Source: Octopus sinensis
Taxonomy: Eukaryota
Reading direction: 5' to 3'
NCBI RefSeq assembly: GCF_006345805.1
Contig: NC_043001.1
Coordinates: forward strand, 1,736,001-1,800,000
Length of the DNA: 64,000 nucleotides
Positions 49,561 to 63,760 of this stretch are shown here, piece by piece (position 1 is the stretch's first letter; the number at the start of each line of letters is the position of its first letter). A program made the translations under genes and the position numbers. Under the pieces are notes generated by a model, which had not been told where the DNA came from, did no database searches, and saw nothing but the letters and a program-made list of their open reading frames with translations.

Positions 49561-52204
49561 CTAAATTACAGGTTTCCCCCCAGTTTGTCTGATATTCTGT
49601 TTCTTTCTTCATTTATCCGTTACCTGACTTAAATATTTATCACATTCTTACTGTTGAAGTTTAAACCCAAATCAATCATAACAAAAGCAATCTAGGATGA
49701 AGTGTGTTTCAGCCATGATTAATTTTGTTATGTTTTCATGATTATTTATTTGGACACTTTTGCATTCTGGATCACATTATCAGATGTGTCATTTATATTT
49801 TAAGATGGGAGAGTATGATTTGAGGGCTATTAAACTATTATCTCTTGCTCCAATCCAGCGGAGTTATAATTTCAAGATATTCCAGTGGGTGGTAGAGTGA
49901 ATCCATTACTTGCTTCAACACCATATCTTCTCCTTAGGGTCTTGAGAAAAGCCTACTCTGTTGCAAGCATTCTGGTTTGAGGATAAGTTTCTCACCTTCT
50001 TCTCTCTAGACTCTGAAACCCTAAAAAATGTTACAGGCAATCCCCCACCGCCAAGAATAAACAATGAAAAGGAAAAAAACAATGACTGCCTAATGCAATC
50101 CCATATTCATATGCACTGTATTTTGGATGACATTATCAAAGGCGTCCTTCATATCTTATGATGGCAAAGTGTAATTTGTGGTAAATTTGGTTATTATTTC
50201 TAGCAGATTAAGTGACCATCTGCAGGCCCTTTTATTGGCTTGGGTTTGTGTTTAGTTTTGTTTATTGTTGAACAAGGGTGATAATGAAAATGAAAGGAAC
50301 CTCAAAAGCTGGTATTGCTGCATATTTTGCTCCAGCACAGACTTGGAGGAAACATTATAAAAATATTCTGTCTGTGTGTCTGCTGAGACAATGTGTCCAA
50401 CATTTTAACCATTAAGCTCCTTTAAAGAGTGTCAGTTTTACATACAATGAATAATACATAACGGATGTGAACAACAAAAAGCAAAACAAACAAACATGAA
50501 ATATGAAATATAAAAATTTCTTTGTAAATTATTCGGAAAATTTACTTCAAAATATATCAAGCTATTTTAATGTTTTTATAATGAGAGTTTTATGGCAGAT
50601 GGCCAAGATGGTGAAAGAAAGTAAAAAACAAAAATTAAAGTAACTCAGAAAAAATCATAAAAAAACAACAACATAGGCCTGTAAAACAAACAAAAGGCAA
50701 ACAATTTTGTTGAAGTGAGACAACTTAGGTATCAAGGAATAATGAATTAATCATTCCTTGATATAAAGAATATAAGAGTTATTTTGAATTTCCTCTCCCC
50801 TACCCCGAGCCCAGCTCGTCAGTCCATCTCTAAAATGTTATCGTTATCATTTATCTTAATAATAGTTTCCAGTAACTTATTAAAAGTGTACCAAGTACTG
50901 TTGATTATTATTTCTTTAGGGAATTTAAAACAGGCCATATTTATTTAGTTGATTTTATAGAAATTCTTATAAATTTTATCTTTAATTTCTGTGGCTTAAA
51001 TGAAGAAAACAAAATGACCAACCATTTCTCTGGAGATAATTCTTCTTTTCAACTCTAAATCTCTGACATTTGTCAAGAATTACCTTACTTTAATCTTCTA
51101 GAATTATTTCTCATTAGTCAATCCGACACCTATGGCCTTTATCTTACATTAGTCTCCCAAAGGCTGCATCACCTGAGCTTTCAAACATTAAAACTGACAA
51201 AGGAGCCTCTATGGAGTTGTTAAATTGTCTAGAAACAACAGCCAAATACTCTCAAATTTCCACTCTACTCTTCTAAAAAAAAACAAAAAAGAATCCAAAT
51301 GTCACATTAGCTACTGTAGTCTTAGATGCATTATGCCAGCCTGAATAAAAGATCTGGTAATCATGGCTAGAATCCTTTTAATCACTTGGGCTAAATTGCA
51401 GTAACAACAACAATGGTAAAATAGATTCTAAACATTATCTCAATTCCTAAGGTTTTAAGTGTGAGGTTCGGACAAATTGTTGTCGATATAATCAACTCTA
51501 ATGTTAACGAAGCTTGTATTTATTTTACAAGTCTCAGTAAGTTGAGAAGCAGAATTGACCTTAATGACTTTTAAACACAAAATAGACTTCACCATTTGGA
51601 TTGAAGCATGGCTATATGGCTTCTGTATTTTACTTTGGTATCATGCGGTTCCAAGTTCAAGCCCACTGTGTGAAATCTTTGGCAAGTCTCTTCTGCTCTA
51701 GTCTTGTTTTGAGCAAGGTATTAGAAGTGAAATATGGTAGGCAAACATTTGTGGTAACCTGTATACGTGTGTGCATGTGCGCACACACACATACACACAC
51801 ACAAATACACGTGTAAACTTTATTTCTGACATCACATACTATGACAGAAAATTTGTATATACTTCAGTAGGCTTTATGCAAGATACTCACACATAAACAC
51901 ACAAAGTAATCCACCTGCCCTGTGAGGTAATTCTACCTTTTCCAAGTCAGTGGTTCACAGTGTGGCCTTTGCTCCAGTTTATTGTGGCCCAGGAAAAGCA
52001 GTGGACCCAGAACCCTGACTTCAAGGAACAATTTGCTCACACCTAGGGACAGATGAAATTTTATTTCTTTATCTTGCTTTATCGAAGGACTTTAAGACAA
52101 AGGAAATGACCTGCCACGTATATTCTTGGACATCCTCATCAAAGCCCTATAGTGCATAAGTGCATAAGTACAGCCTTTCTCATAACGAGAAATATATACA
52201 TTCA

Positions 52205-53590
52205 TATGTATGTATGTAATTATTCAATTTATTTCAAGATTTCTTGCCAATAGAGAAAGAACCAGTTTCTAACCTAGATCCAAGGCTCCTTCATTGGAAT
52301 TTCAACATCAACAGCAAGGCATTTTTGTATGTATGTATGTGCAGAATTTGTATGTTTTATGTATGCATTCTCATGCTTATAGTTGCATACCTAGACATGC
52401 TCATATGTACTTAAAGGATAAACTTCTGGAAAGTTTTACAGATTTTTATAGTTCTAGTGATGGATTGGATCTGTAGCCTTTGAATTAGCTTTCTCCTTTC
52501 TGGTTTTGAGAAGCCTGATTTCTCAAGGTTGGTATTTAGGCAGTGTGTTACGTATCCCAGGACCCCAATAATTACAGGCATAAGCCTGAACTTGTAATCT
52601 GGATAGAGTAACTGTAGATTTCTCAATAGTTCAGTATAGGTGTTCTCTTTTTCACTGATCTTCAGCTTTATGTTAACATCTGCTGGGCAGCTAATTTCCA
52701 CAACTGTGCACAGTTTCTCTTCTATGTCTCAAATCCTTATATCAAGTCTGTTGTGCTGACATTTTATTGAGATCTTCACTGGTACATTCCTCCTGCATTC
52801 CTTTTTATTGTGAGTAGCTATGGCTTCAACCATATTGTGGCTTCTTATTTCTTTGTCCTTGAGATTATCTTTCTAAGGAATTTCATTATAGAATGTCCTA
52901 GCTACAAAATCATGTCTCATCGGTAGATAATACCGTGATGACATTTTTGGAGAACTGTTTATGATGTGGATAGTATCTTCAGTGTGAACTGAACAAAGTC
53001 TGCATCGGTTGTCACATTTTACTGCTTTTCCTGCATTTCTATCTCTTTTGTGCATCTGGTACTTGGTTGATGTTTGCAAATGCATACCCTTCAAAGTGAG
53101 AGGTAGCAATCTGGCTATTGGTCCATGATAGATTGCTTTGATGATCAATGTTACTATCATCTCGGAGCTTTCTAGTAACATATCCATGCATAGTCTTCTG
53201 CTCATATAAGCTCATCCTTTCATCTATTGATATGTTGTGGTAGAGTCATGCAATTTCTTTGGGCATGTATTCTAGGTTATCAGACAAAGAATGTTGCTCA
53301 AAGAGCTGCCTTCCAAGTCTTATGATGTTATCAGCCTCATATGTGCAAACTTGGTCGAGGGATGCACTTTGACACTTAGTGGTTAGAAGATGTTGCCGAA
53401 GGGATATGATGCAACACTCAAAGGCATTTTGGATTGATGATAAGCCTCTGCCGCCTTGTTTTCCTTTTTAGGTTGAGGCGGTCTACGTCACTGTTTATGT
53501 AGAAATTATTGGGCTTGTTAGTATTTTTTGAGCTTTCACATCAATGACTCAGAACTCATCAAGCAGCTGAAATGTTGATATGAGTACTCA
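52205..53590 (-). mobile_element. R4-type LINE (second family), 3' portion with 3' UTR and (TACA)n tail
   Basis: SDVDRLNLKRK.GGRGL; CRLCSVHTEDTIHII; EISCPADVNI..PVIIGVLG..KICKTFQKFIL*. Confidence 0.88.
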
Positions 53591-53626
53591 CACTGCAAAC
53601 ACATTCCATTTGTAGGTACACATGTA

Positions 53627-55649
53627 TTAGGTCATCCTATAAATAATGTGGTTTTTACAATTGCATAAACTAAAAGTTGGAGGGGGATGGGATAAACTAC
53701 CTGCATCAACTTGCTATAAAAGCAGGTTGTGATTTTACCTTATCCTTATTCTTAGTGCAAGTTTGAAGGGTGCAGTTTGATTTTAACAGTTATTTTTTCA
53801 AAGCTAAAATGGAAATGACAAAAGAGCATATTTGGCATATTTTGTTTTATGAGTTCCATAAAGGCAACAATGCAATGGAAAGTGTGACGAATACTAATGC
53901 AGTATATGGGGATAGGACAAGTGTAAACCAGTGTCAATGGTGGCTCCAGAAATTCCAAGCTGGAAACTACCGTCTAGAAAATGAGCCCCATCCTGGAATA
54001 TCTGTAGAGCTTGACAAGGACATCCTGAAAACCCTGGTGGAACAAAATCTCATCGTAACTCTTGAAGAACCAGCAGAGAAGCTTGGATTTGCTCATTCAA
54101 GCATTCATCAACACCTGTGTGCCATTGGAAAAGTCAGCAAATTGTATCAATGGGTTCCTCACAAACTTTCTGAGTCTGATCACATGCAGCAAGTGAATGT
54201 GTGCTCTTCTTTGCTGTCACATCTCATGAATTAACCTTTTCTGAACTGAACAGTGACTGGTGAGGAGAAATGGGTTCTCTATAAAAATGTCAAGCACCGA
54301 AGACAGTGGGTGAGGTAAAGAGAAACACCGACACCCCAGGCTAAAGAAGGTCTTCACCCACATAAGGTGTTGTTAACTGTTTGGTGGGATATAAAAGATT
54401 TAGTCTACTTTGAACTTTTAAATCCAAAGCAAAACGATAACAAAGATCTACTGCAAGCAGCTTGAGAAGCTTCAATCAGTGTCAGAAGAAAAACGACCAT
54501 CTTTGGTTTCAAGATAAAAGGTGTTCTTCCATCAGGATAGTGCATGGCCACATAAAGCGAGGATGACATTCCAAGGAATGGAGCAGCTTGAATAGTTAGT
54601 TAGTTAGTTAGTTAGTTAATTTGGCTCAAAAGCAAATAGCAAGGCCATGTAGGGGGACATGGAGTTAAGTACAGGGTGGTGTTCATGTAAAGAGTTCAGG
54701 CCACTTGAGGTCCAGGGAGGCTTTGAACAAAGCGGTCGTCGGCATCTTCACCATCTCGTCTGGCAGCTTATTCCACGGATCCGCAACCCGGACGGAGAAA
54801 GCTCCTCTCCTTCGATTGAGATGAAATCGTCGCAGGTAGAGCTTTTCGGAATGACCCCGCAGCCGACGCTCTGGAGCAGGAGTGAAGAACAGCTCTTTCG
54901 AGAGGTTACACTTCCCGCTTATGATGTTGTGGGCGAGAATGAGATCACCACGGCGGCGGCGTTTTTCAAGAGAATAAAAGTCGAGCATCCTCAGCCTTTC
55001 TTCGTAGGACAAATTTTTGAGACCATGAACCATGCGGGTAGCCAGCCTCTGGACTCTTTCGAGATGCTGTATGTCTTTGAGGAGATAAGGAGAAGAGGCT
55101 TGAATCCCATACTCCAATATGGGTCTCACCAGCGTGACATAGAGTGGTAGGAATATGGCTGCTGTGAGCATTCCGAATGACCATCGAATCAAAAACAGAA
55201 TTCTGCGCGCTTTGTTGGCAGCATGGACGCACTGGGCCGAAGGCGAAAAGGAGGAATCCACCAAAATACCCAGGTCCTTTACCTGATCGGTCCTCTCCAG
55301 CAGCAGACGACCCGGCTCGAAATCAAGTAAATAGGAAATGATGCCCCACCCATCAGATTTGCTGGACATTGCCCCATCTGATTATTATCTATTTTGCAGT
55401 CTTCAAAATCATTTGGATGGAAAAAATTATGAATTCTATAGACGAGATCAGAACAGTACTGGAGAAGTATTTTTCATTGTGGACAAGAAAACTTTGGAAA
55501 AGAGGCCTTGCAAGTCTACCAGAGAGATGGAAAAGCACTGTAGAAAATGAAGTAGAGTATATTTCAAATTAAAAAAAGAACTTTGCTTATCTTAATTTTG
55601 AAAATTGTAAGAGCTATAAAAAAAACACATTATTTAGGGGATGACCCAA
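53627..55649 (+). mobile_element. Mariner (DD34D) transposon with both TIRs, inactive, interrupted by a CR1 LINE
   Basis: TA + TTAGGTCATCCTATAAATAATGTGGTTTTT (53627) and AAAAACACATTATTTAGGGGATGACCCAA (55621-55649); ATG at 53809; WVPHKL, VTGEEKWVLY, HQDSAWPH and IAPSDYYLF motifs; D-34-D spacing across the insertion. Confidence 0.93.
54596..55329 (-). mobile_element. CR1-clade LINE, 5'-truncated, with (TAAC)n tail and AATAG TSD
   Basis: Uninterrupted reading VKDLGILVDS..LYVTLVRPILEY..LERVQRLATRMV..YEERL..LEKRRRRGDLI..RGHSEKL..FSVRVADPWNKLP; AATAG at 54591-95 and 55330-34. Confidence 0.93.
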
Positions 55650-55650
55650 G

Positions 55651-55718
<68 letters not shown>

Positions 55719-55746
55719 TATATATGTATATATATATATATTTATT

Positions 55747-55798
<52 letters not shown>

Positions 55799-55990
55799 AT
55801 ATTAATATATAGCTATATAAATATGTATATATGTGTATATAGGAATATAAATACACATACACACACATATATACACATATATATGCATGCATATAAATAT
55901 GCATGTATATATATATACATATGTATGCATGTAGACATATATATATATATTTATTTACATATTCATATGTGTGTGTGTGTGTGTGTGTTC
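55650..55990. repeat. (CA)n/(TA)n microsatellite cluster
   Basis: Visible arrays. Confidence 0.93.
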
Positions 55991-56789
55991 ATGTGTATGG
56001 GCGTGTATGAACATTGTCAATAAAGCTGATAAAGTTCTGTATTCAAATAAAAGTACCCCTTGTGCTATTTGTTCTGCCCAAATTACACTGTTTCACCTTT
56101 GTGACCATTACCATTGTATATATGGAGACCCAGTAATTTACTCACTGGAAATCTGTTATAAATGGCAGAATACTTTGAAAAACGTTGCCTGAAATACAGA
56201 AAGTGATGCAATGGAACAGTGCAAGGAATTTAATTTAGCATCCAACAATTTCTGCCATTCCATCTTATTCCATCTGAGTTTGATATGAAATATTATTCTG
56301 TTAATATCATTCATTCTTCCCCACTTTTCTTCCATATATATTTCAACTATATTTGTGTGTATAAACGTATATACTTACATTCATACATATCTATACACAC
56401 ATACATATATATATTTATGAATGTATGGATCTAAGTGCTATGTACAGTATTTCCTCTCTCCAAAATTTTCCTTTTATCTTCCACTTGCATGGAATGGTAA
56501 CAGAATTTTAGATTTTTCACTTCTATCTTTAGAAGGAAATCATAAATGGTTGAGTTGATCGTTGAATATGTACCCTGAAACTATCTCACATGTTTGGTAG
56601 CAAAGTGATAGATAGATTCCAAATACACATGACTCTCAGAAGACAATTCCACCTGACTGTATGGAGGTATCAATACCTGGCATAATCCTGGAATTTCTAG
56701 CAACTTCAGAACTTCAGAACTGATATCAGGGAAATGTTAGCTTCAGGTGCCAAGTTCTGTTTCTTGTTACCATGGATAAAATGTATGTA

Positions 56790-57165
56790 CACAAAGGAAA
56801 TGGTGCCACATAAAAAGCACTGATGCTGATACCACATAAAAAGCACTGGTGCTGATGCAGGTTCCATGTAAAAGGCACTGGTGCTAGTGTCACATAAAAC
56901 GCTCTGGTGTTGGTGCCACATAAAAAAACAGCGGAGCTGGTGTCGCATAAAGGAACTAATACTGACATCATGTAAGAGGCGCTGGTGCTGCTGGTGTCTT
57001 GTAAACACCATCCAGTACATTCTGTAGAGTGGTTGGCTTTAGAAAGGGTGTCCAGCCATGGCAACCATGCAGAAACAGACAAATGGAATGTAGTATGGAT
57101 CCTGGATTTGTCAAACCAAACAACTCATGTCAGCATTGAAAGCAAACACTAAATGATGATGATGA
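56790..57165 (+). mobile_element. SINE-like family C, long form with (TGGTGCCACATAAAAAGCAC)-type repeats
   Basis: About seven degenerate 20-25 bp repeats, then the GTAGAGTGGTTGGC..GAAAGGGTGTCCAGC core and (TGA/TGG)n tail. Confidence 0.85.
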
Positions 57166-58483
57166 TGGTGACGGTGGTGTGGCGGTGGCAGTGATGTGGT
57201 GGTGGTGGTGGTGATGATGATGGTGATGGTGGTGTGGTGGTGGTGGTGATGTGGTGGTGGCAGTGGTGGTAGTGATGATGAAGGTGGTAATGATAATGAC
57301 GATGATAATGGTGGTGGTGGTGATGATGGTGGTGATGATTATGATTATAATGATGAATATTTGTCTCTCAACTACTTTACAGTCATAAAATAGAAGCCTG
57401 ATAAATGAAATAATTAGTAAATCATTGAATTGCCATCAGCTTTAATGAGGAAATCTTTCCTGTTTTATGAATAAAAGAATTGCCTACTCAATGGATTATA
57501 ATGTAAGTGGCTGTGTATTCCATAGAAGTTTTAGTCTAAAACAAAATACTTGAAGAGAATCAAATCTACCCAGTGCGTTAGGGGTACAATCTATCTGAAG
57601 GGGTCACACAGTTGATGTCTGCCCAATTTTATTCATATGGTTTTGGTTGATTGAAAGAACTTGTAAAAGACAATTGCTTAAGGTGCTTGACAGCAGAACC
57701 AAGTCTGTGATCACGTGATTTTTCAAGTGAATAATTATTTGGTGCTAAAACCCATGCCCCACCAACCTACACAACATGCATTCTAAGGAACCCCAACCAA
57801 AGCTCAAAAACAACTTACACACATCATTTGCAATCGTTTTAACATCTACCTTTCCATGTTTTCATGAGTCAGAAGGATTGCACTGTGCCTCATTTTCTAT
57901 AGCTGGATGCGTTTCCTGCCATCAACCCTCACCTGTTTCCAAGCAAAGTAATATTCCCTAAGTTTTTTGAACATCTAAATGACTGGACACGTCTTCATGG
58001 AAGATTGCAGATCAGTGGCACTTTTCTTTGCATGAACGGGGAACTTGTTTATAGTCAACACACACGCACACTGGACACACAGACACATACATAACTTTAT
58101 ATACATATATAACTGAAAAGTTTCATTATAGTTTCTGTCAACCAAGTCCACTGACAAGGCATTGGTTAGCTCAAGGATAAAAATCAATAACACTTTCCTA
58201 ATGTGTTACAACGTTGGACTGAACCTAAAGCCAAGTGGTTGTGAAGTAAGCATCTTAACAGCCATGGCAATGCCTGGAGTGTTTTCTTCTATTGGTACAG
58301 AGTTGTTTTTTTTTTCCTTTTCCAGAGAAGGGGCATTAATACTTGACTGGTAGATATTTGATTGACTGGCCTCTTTCTCCATCAGTCTCCATCACATGTG
58401 AAACGAATACTCTTCTGTAAAGTGCAAAAGGACATTAACAAAATACCAAAAGCAATTTAGTTGCAACCCCTTGTATGGCTGGA

Positions 58484-58882
58484 ACAACCCAAGCATGGCT
58501 GTGTTCCAATCTCCATGGTGATATTCTCCCAGGAACATGACCTCCTAGCTCACAAGACCGCAATCAACTGGACTATTACGTATAGGGTATAATTGAGGGA
58601 GAGGTCAATCAACGACCCCATAACACCATACAATTTCAAAAGTCTGCCATAACCAGCATTATGTCCGAAATTGATAAAAGTTATCTGATTTGAGCAAGTC
58701 AGCAGTTCCAACCACATACGGAAGCAGCCATTTATGCTAACAGTGGATTCATTGAGTAGGAATGGTAAAAGGTTTCTTCAGATTATTTCTACGAATTTGT
58801 TCTTAAACACAGCTTTTCTTTAATAAGCTGTGCATCTTTTTCTAAATTCGTTGAAAAGATCCAAAAAAATATGCATCCTGTA
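58484..58882 (+). mobile_element. 3' remnant of a Tc1/mariner DDxD-type transposon (maT/rosa-like)
   Basis: TQAWL..(W)PPSSQDRNQLDYYV(W)GIIEGEVNQRPHNT..EAAIYANSGFIE*; ends GCATCCTG-TA. Confidence 0.7.
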
Positions 58883-59019
58883 TTCTAGATAATTGTTGTA
58901 GTCTATCCCAAAATCAAAAAGAAGACCAAGCATCACAAGCATTCCAGATGAGACCATCCCATTTATTGTTCAGACATGCATATTTAAAACAACATTATCC
59001 AGTATGTCCATCTGTTGTT

Positions 59020-59248
59020 TTAACCATTTTGATAGCAACCCATCTGAGACCACCACTTGAGACTACTCCATCTATGAAACCAACCTCTTGTTTTGAAGTG
59101 ATCTTAATTAAATTCTAAATTTCATGTTAATTTGTCCCAAATACCAGCTTAATGACAAAGTGATTACACAAAATACTGCATTATTTTTAATATCAATTAA
59201 AGCAAATACAGAGTATTTCAACAAAAATATGGTGATAAAAGGGGTTAA
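59020..59248 (+). mobile_element. MITE family 2 (TTAACC..GGGTTAA), copy 1
   Basis: Ends TTAACCATTTTGATA / GATAAAAGGGGTTAA; body similar to the adjacent copy. Confidence 0.78.
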
Positions 59249-59283
59249 ATAATATTAGAATGTGTCACTAGGTTATCCCCTTT

Positions 59284-59502
59284 TTAACCCATTTTGATAC
59301 TATCCTGCCTCAGATCAACCCTGCTTCTACGATGCTTCATATGTTCTAAACCAAAACCTGCCATCAAAATTCCATGCCAACTTTTGCTCCAAGAATCAGA
59401 TCAATAAGGACAAAGTTATTTTCCTAAATTCTTCATTGTTTTAAAAATTCATTGAAACACATGTCGTGTATTTCAACAGAATTAATGTGATTAAAGGGTT
59501 AA
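59284..59502 (+). mobile_element. MITE family 2, copy 2
   Basis: Ends TTAACCCATTTTGATAC / ATTAAAGGGTTAA. Confidence 0.78.
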
Positions 59503-60755
59503 AGACACAATGGTATGATTCAAGAAATATATTATGGCCACTTCTTGCAGTTTGTTCATTGATGCTGCTTGAGGAAATCTAATTAGAGAGACGGATGTTG
59601 CAGAAGGTAACTGTTCTGGTGATAAATTTTGGATGTCAGTAGTTTTAAATCTAATTTAGAGAAGAGACCCAAATGGTGGTTGATGGAAAGAGAAAGAGAG
59701 AGTGGGATGAGTAAATCTAATCCGCCAGTACTAACCAAAGTACTTCTAGTATTCCCAGCTAGACGTGCACTCAGTCTGCGAGTTCATAAGAGCTTCTGGG
59801 ATAAACAGGGAAAAATTAACACTAGCATCATTAAAATTTGAAGGCTGGAATGGTGAAATTATAGACTTGCAATTGATTTTCTTCGACACTCAATTTTTTA
59901 CTGGCCTCCATTAATATTATACTATTAATATATGCTTAGAACTTTCCACATATTTATGAATCAAAAAATATTTACATATATTCAAACCTGTAACATAAAA
60001 TTATCTAAACAGGCCAAACATTAAAATCAAAAAATATAAACATGGCATTAAAAAGAATAAAAAAAAAGAAGCAAGTGCACCAATAAATAAAGTGTGGAAT
60101 GGAAATAACCTGTCTTCCTAAATTCCTGGTAATTATATAAATATTTGTGGTGCTTTTATTCATTGTTTTTTCCTGATTTATAAATATTCATGAATATATT
60201 TGGAAATAGGTTTACATGTATTTGTTTTCTGTAACACTTTTACATGGCATTAAAACCCACTTGTCTTTGTTTTGTTTATTTACAAGTTCTAATACGGCAG
60301 ACAAAGACAGCAACTCAATAAGGCCAGATCAAAGGAGAGCAGCGACTCAGCAACTCGTAATGATCTTGCTCCGTATCATGTACTTACATACATACATACA
60401 TACATACGTATACATCCATGCATATACATACATGCATACATACATATATACATGCATGCATATACATACATGAATACAAACACATCTACACACACACACT
60501 CACACACATATATGTATGCATACATATACACACAGACACTCACAGGTTCAATGCTGAATGTTGGAAGTAAGAGCAATCAATACCATAGCAAATGTTGATA
60601 AAATTCTATTATGGTCAAGTCAGTTGCTTGCTAATCTGGGTTTCACCTGTAACTGCGCAGCATCTTGAGGCAAGTTCTGACTTGCCTGAGTGCCTGATGG
60701 GAAAACTCAGAGTAGTTAGTGATTTAATTGACCAAAATGGAATACATACATATAT

Positions 60756-60802
<47 letters not shown>

Positions 60803-60813
60803 GAGAGAGAGAG

Positions 60814-60875
<62 letters not shown>

Positions 60876-61329
60876 TGGGATATGCAGACATTTGGGAATA
60901 AATGTACATAAATATATACAGGTATGCACAAACACACGCATATACATACATATTCATCATCATCATCAGTAGCAGCAACATTTTATGCCTGCTTTCCTCT
61001 GATGAAACCTTATCAGATGATGATGCAAACTTCAAGGTACTGATGGGTAGCAAAGACTCAGCTGAGATCTCTGAGACCATGTGTCAGTCACTGCACATGT
61101 GTCATTGCAAGATTTACACACAAAACTCAGTAACAGGCTACGTGACCAATAGTGTTATGATAGATAATATGAAAATCATTAAATGTTGCTAACTGGAAAA
61201 TTTAACGCCAAATTTCATCCAAATCTTTGAAGAAAAATAACAATAGACATAAACCTAATTCACTTAAGTTTGTAGATATTACACACAACGTATACAGCAA
61301 CAGCAAATGACCTTTTCAGAATAACCAAC

Positions 61330-62050
61330 AGAAAGCTAATACTTAACTCATTAACAAAAGCTCAAACAACATGGACACATTCTTCATCGTTAATAAATTT
61401 TATATAAATATCAGCTTTCACTTGTCAATCATGAGATATCTTTCATGAGATCATCCTAATATCAGCATGACACCCTAGAATTAAGTGACTTCAGGGATAA
61501 GATTCAATGTATAACAAGTGTCAGAAATTTTACCAATGCCCCAAAATTATATAAGCACAAAATACTATGGTTCAGATCACTCATCTCCATCTCAAATTCT
61601 GCCAGTAGATAACTCACTTTGAGAATCTGCCAAACTAAAGCACAGTTGATCTACACAGTCTATCAACATACAGATGCCAAAATCATATTACACCCCCAAA
61701 AGCCTAACTTTCTTGACATGTAACTTACAATATCTCCCAAAGCTGTCTAATTGATGGCCTATGTCTCAAAACATCAGTAGTCTACTGATCAGGTAGATGT
61801 CTCCACTGACAGCATTCACAAAATATATATCAATTTAACTGTCAGGACTCTCAAGTTTAGAATTTATCAACACACACACTCGTTCAGAAATTTAACAGCT
61901 ATGAAGCCACCAACTTTTTCTCGTACATGTAATCACTGAAAAACTAAAAGTACACCAGATATAACATCAAATGGAGAAACATAGAACATACTAAAACATA
62001 CAAGCTGAAAGGAGAATGCTGTTTATGTGCCACAAAGAAATTGGCATGTT
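61330..62050 (+). mobile_element. Penelope-like element remnant with GIY-YIG endonuclease
   Basis: SCLIDGLCLKTSVVY..KIYINLTVRTLKFRIYQHTHSFRN..CCLC, resembling CPLDGKCL..VIY..YIGLT..FK.R..H..SF. The 5' boundary is uncertain. Confidence 0.6.
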
Positions 62051-63224
62051 GCTCTCTTTCAGGTCAATTCCTGCTTTAATATCTGAACTTGTGTATGTAA
62101 AAACCGAAGCCCATCTGCAAAAACTAAAAAAAGCAACAGACAACATGAACGCATAATCTGTTCATGGAACCTATAGCCAAATGAGAACGACATCATTCAC
62201 ATGCTAACCTATACAGAACCCTCCATACAACACATAAAGCCAACAGCCTGTATTCTGTAGCACATGTTATAATATCCACAGTCTGAACAATTCAGTATAA
62301 TACTGTCAACTAGAACCCCCCATAACCTATATTACACATTATAAACTCAAATGCCCTATTCTGAATTTTTGTCATCTATGCTTATAAGTTTCCAGATCTG
62401 CTGATACTAAACATCTCATAATGTCACATATTAAACTGTTATTTCTGATAAGACCACAACTGCATAATAATAAATACAATAACATTATAACACCAATATT
62501 TGTTGAATTGCACTTTTCCAATTTTTATACAAGTTTCAATTTCTAAAATCTTACAAGCACTATAATTATAAACTTCAACATTTAAACATTTGCCACAAAT
62601 TTTAACTGATCCTCAGTTAATTCTTAAATAATTTCTAAATTATTTCCTGTGATTATCTACTGCAGCACACACACACGTTTGTGTATTATAGTGTGTTCAT
62701 TATTTTAAAGCAATTTTCAGAAAACAATGGAGCCTTCACTGACTGGAGGGCTTAATACTGTGAGTAGAGTCAATTTCACAATACATTCCTGCACACAAAC
62801 ACACACACACACACACACACCACACACACACACACACACAATGAATGTATATGGGGATTAACACCCAAATGGTTTATATTCATCTATTGATATATTCGTT
62901 GCATAGAATGATTTGTATAACCTTATGAGCCTGAATATATTTAGATCTGTGTATATTATATTTTCTACAATTTTACCATTTTTCTAATTTTTTGTTTTCA
63001 TATATTTGCCTTTTATGTATTTCATATTTTTATCTGCTGTTCATGCACTGGTGCATGGCTACATGCACATTCACGTATCCATGCATAAATGGATACATTT
63101 ACATAAGTTTGTGTGCATGTTTAGATGCATGCTTGTGATCAGGCGAGGGCAAGTGTGTTTGTATATTCATATGTAAAATTTTCCTGAAAGCGTGTGTGAA
63201 TACGTCATTATGCAAGTGTGTGTG

Positions 63225-63398
63225 TGTGTATAATTATATATGCTTATAATTAAATAAACATATGTACACATAGATATATATACTCATATATCTATCTATA
63301 TATATATGTGTATATATATATATATGAATATATATATATATATGTGTATATATATATATATATGAATATAGATGCATATATTTACACATACATATGCA

Positions 63399-63447
<49 letters not shown>

Positions 63448-63467
63448 TTATATGTGTTTACATGTGC

Positions 63468-63521
<54 letters not shown>

Positions 63522-63760
63522 CTACACAAACATACAAAAACACAGATGCGCATATATATTTACATGAATAGATGCATGCATATTTTTATGTATACATATA
63601 TTTGTATACATGTGTTTGTTTGTGTGTGGGTGTATGTATGCAATCATGCATAAACATGCATTTACATATGTTTTGCATTTCATTGCATTTAATTGTATAA
63701 GTGAGCATGTATGCACACATCTGTGTGTATGTGTGTGTGTGTGTACATTTGCACCCACAG
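63225..63760. repeat. (TA)n/(CA)n/(TG)n microsatellite cluster
   Basis: Visible arrays. Confidence 0.92.

Noticed and set aside
50730-50763. 11-bp inverted repeat TATCAAGGAAT/ATTCCTTGATA
   Set aside because: Isolated and AT-rich, with no supporting context.
52255-52305. Minus-strand CCAATGA..GAAAC motif
   Set aside because: Non-canonical core and weak stems; it lies in the 3' UTR of the R4-type LINE.
54659-55150. 163-aa plus-strand ORF
   Set aside because: It is the antisense shadow of the CR1 ORF2.
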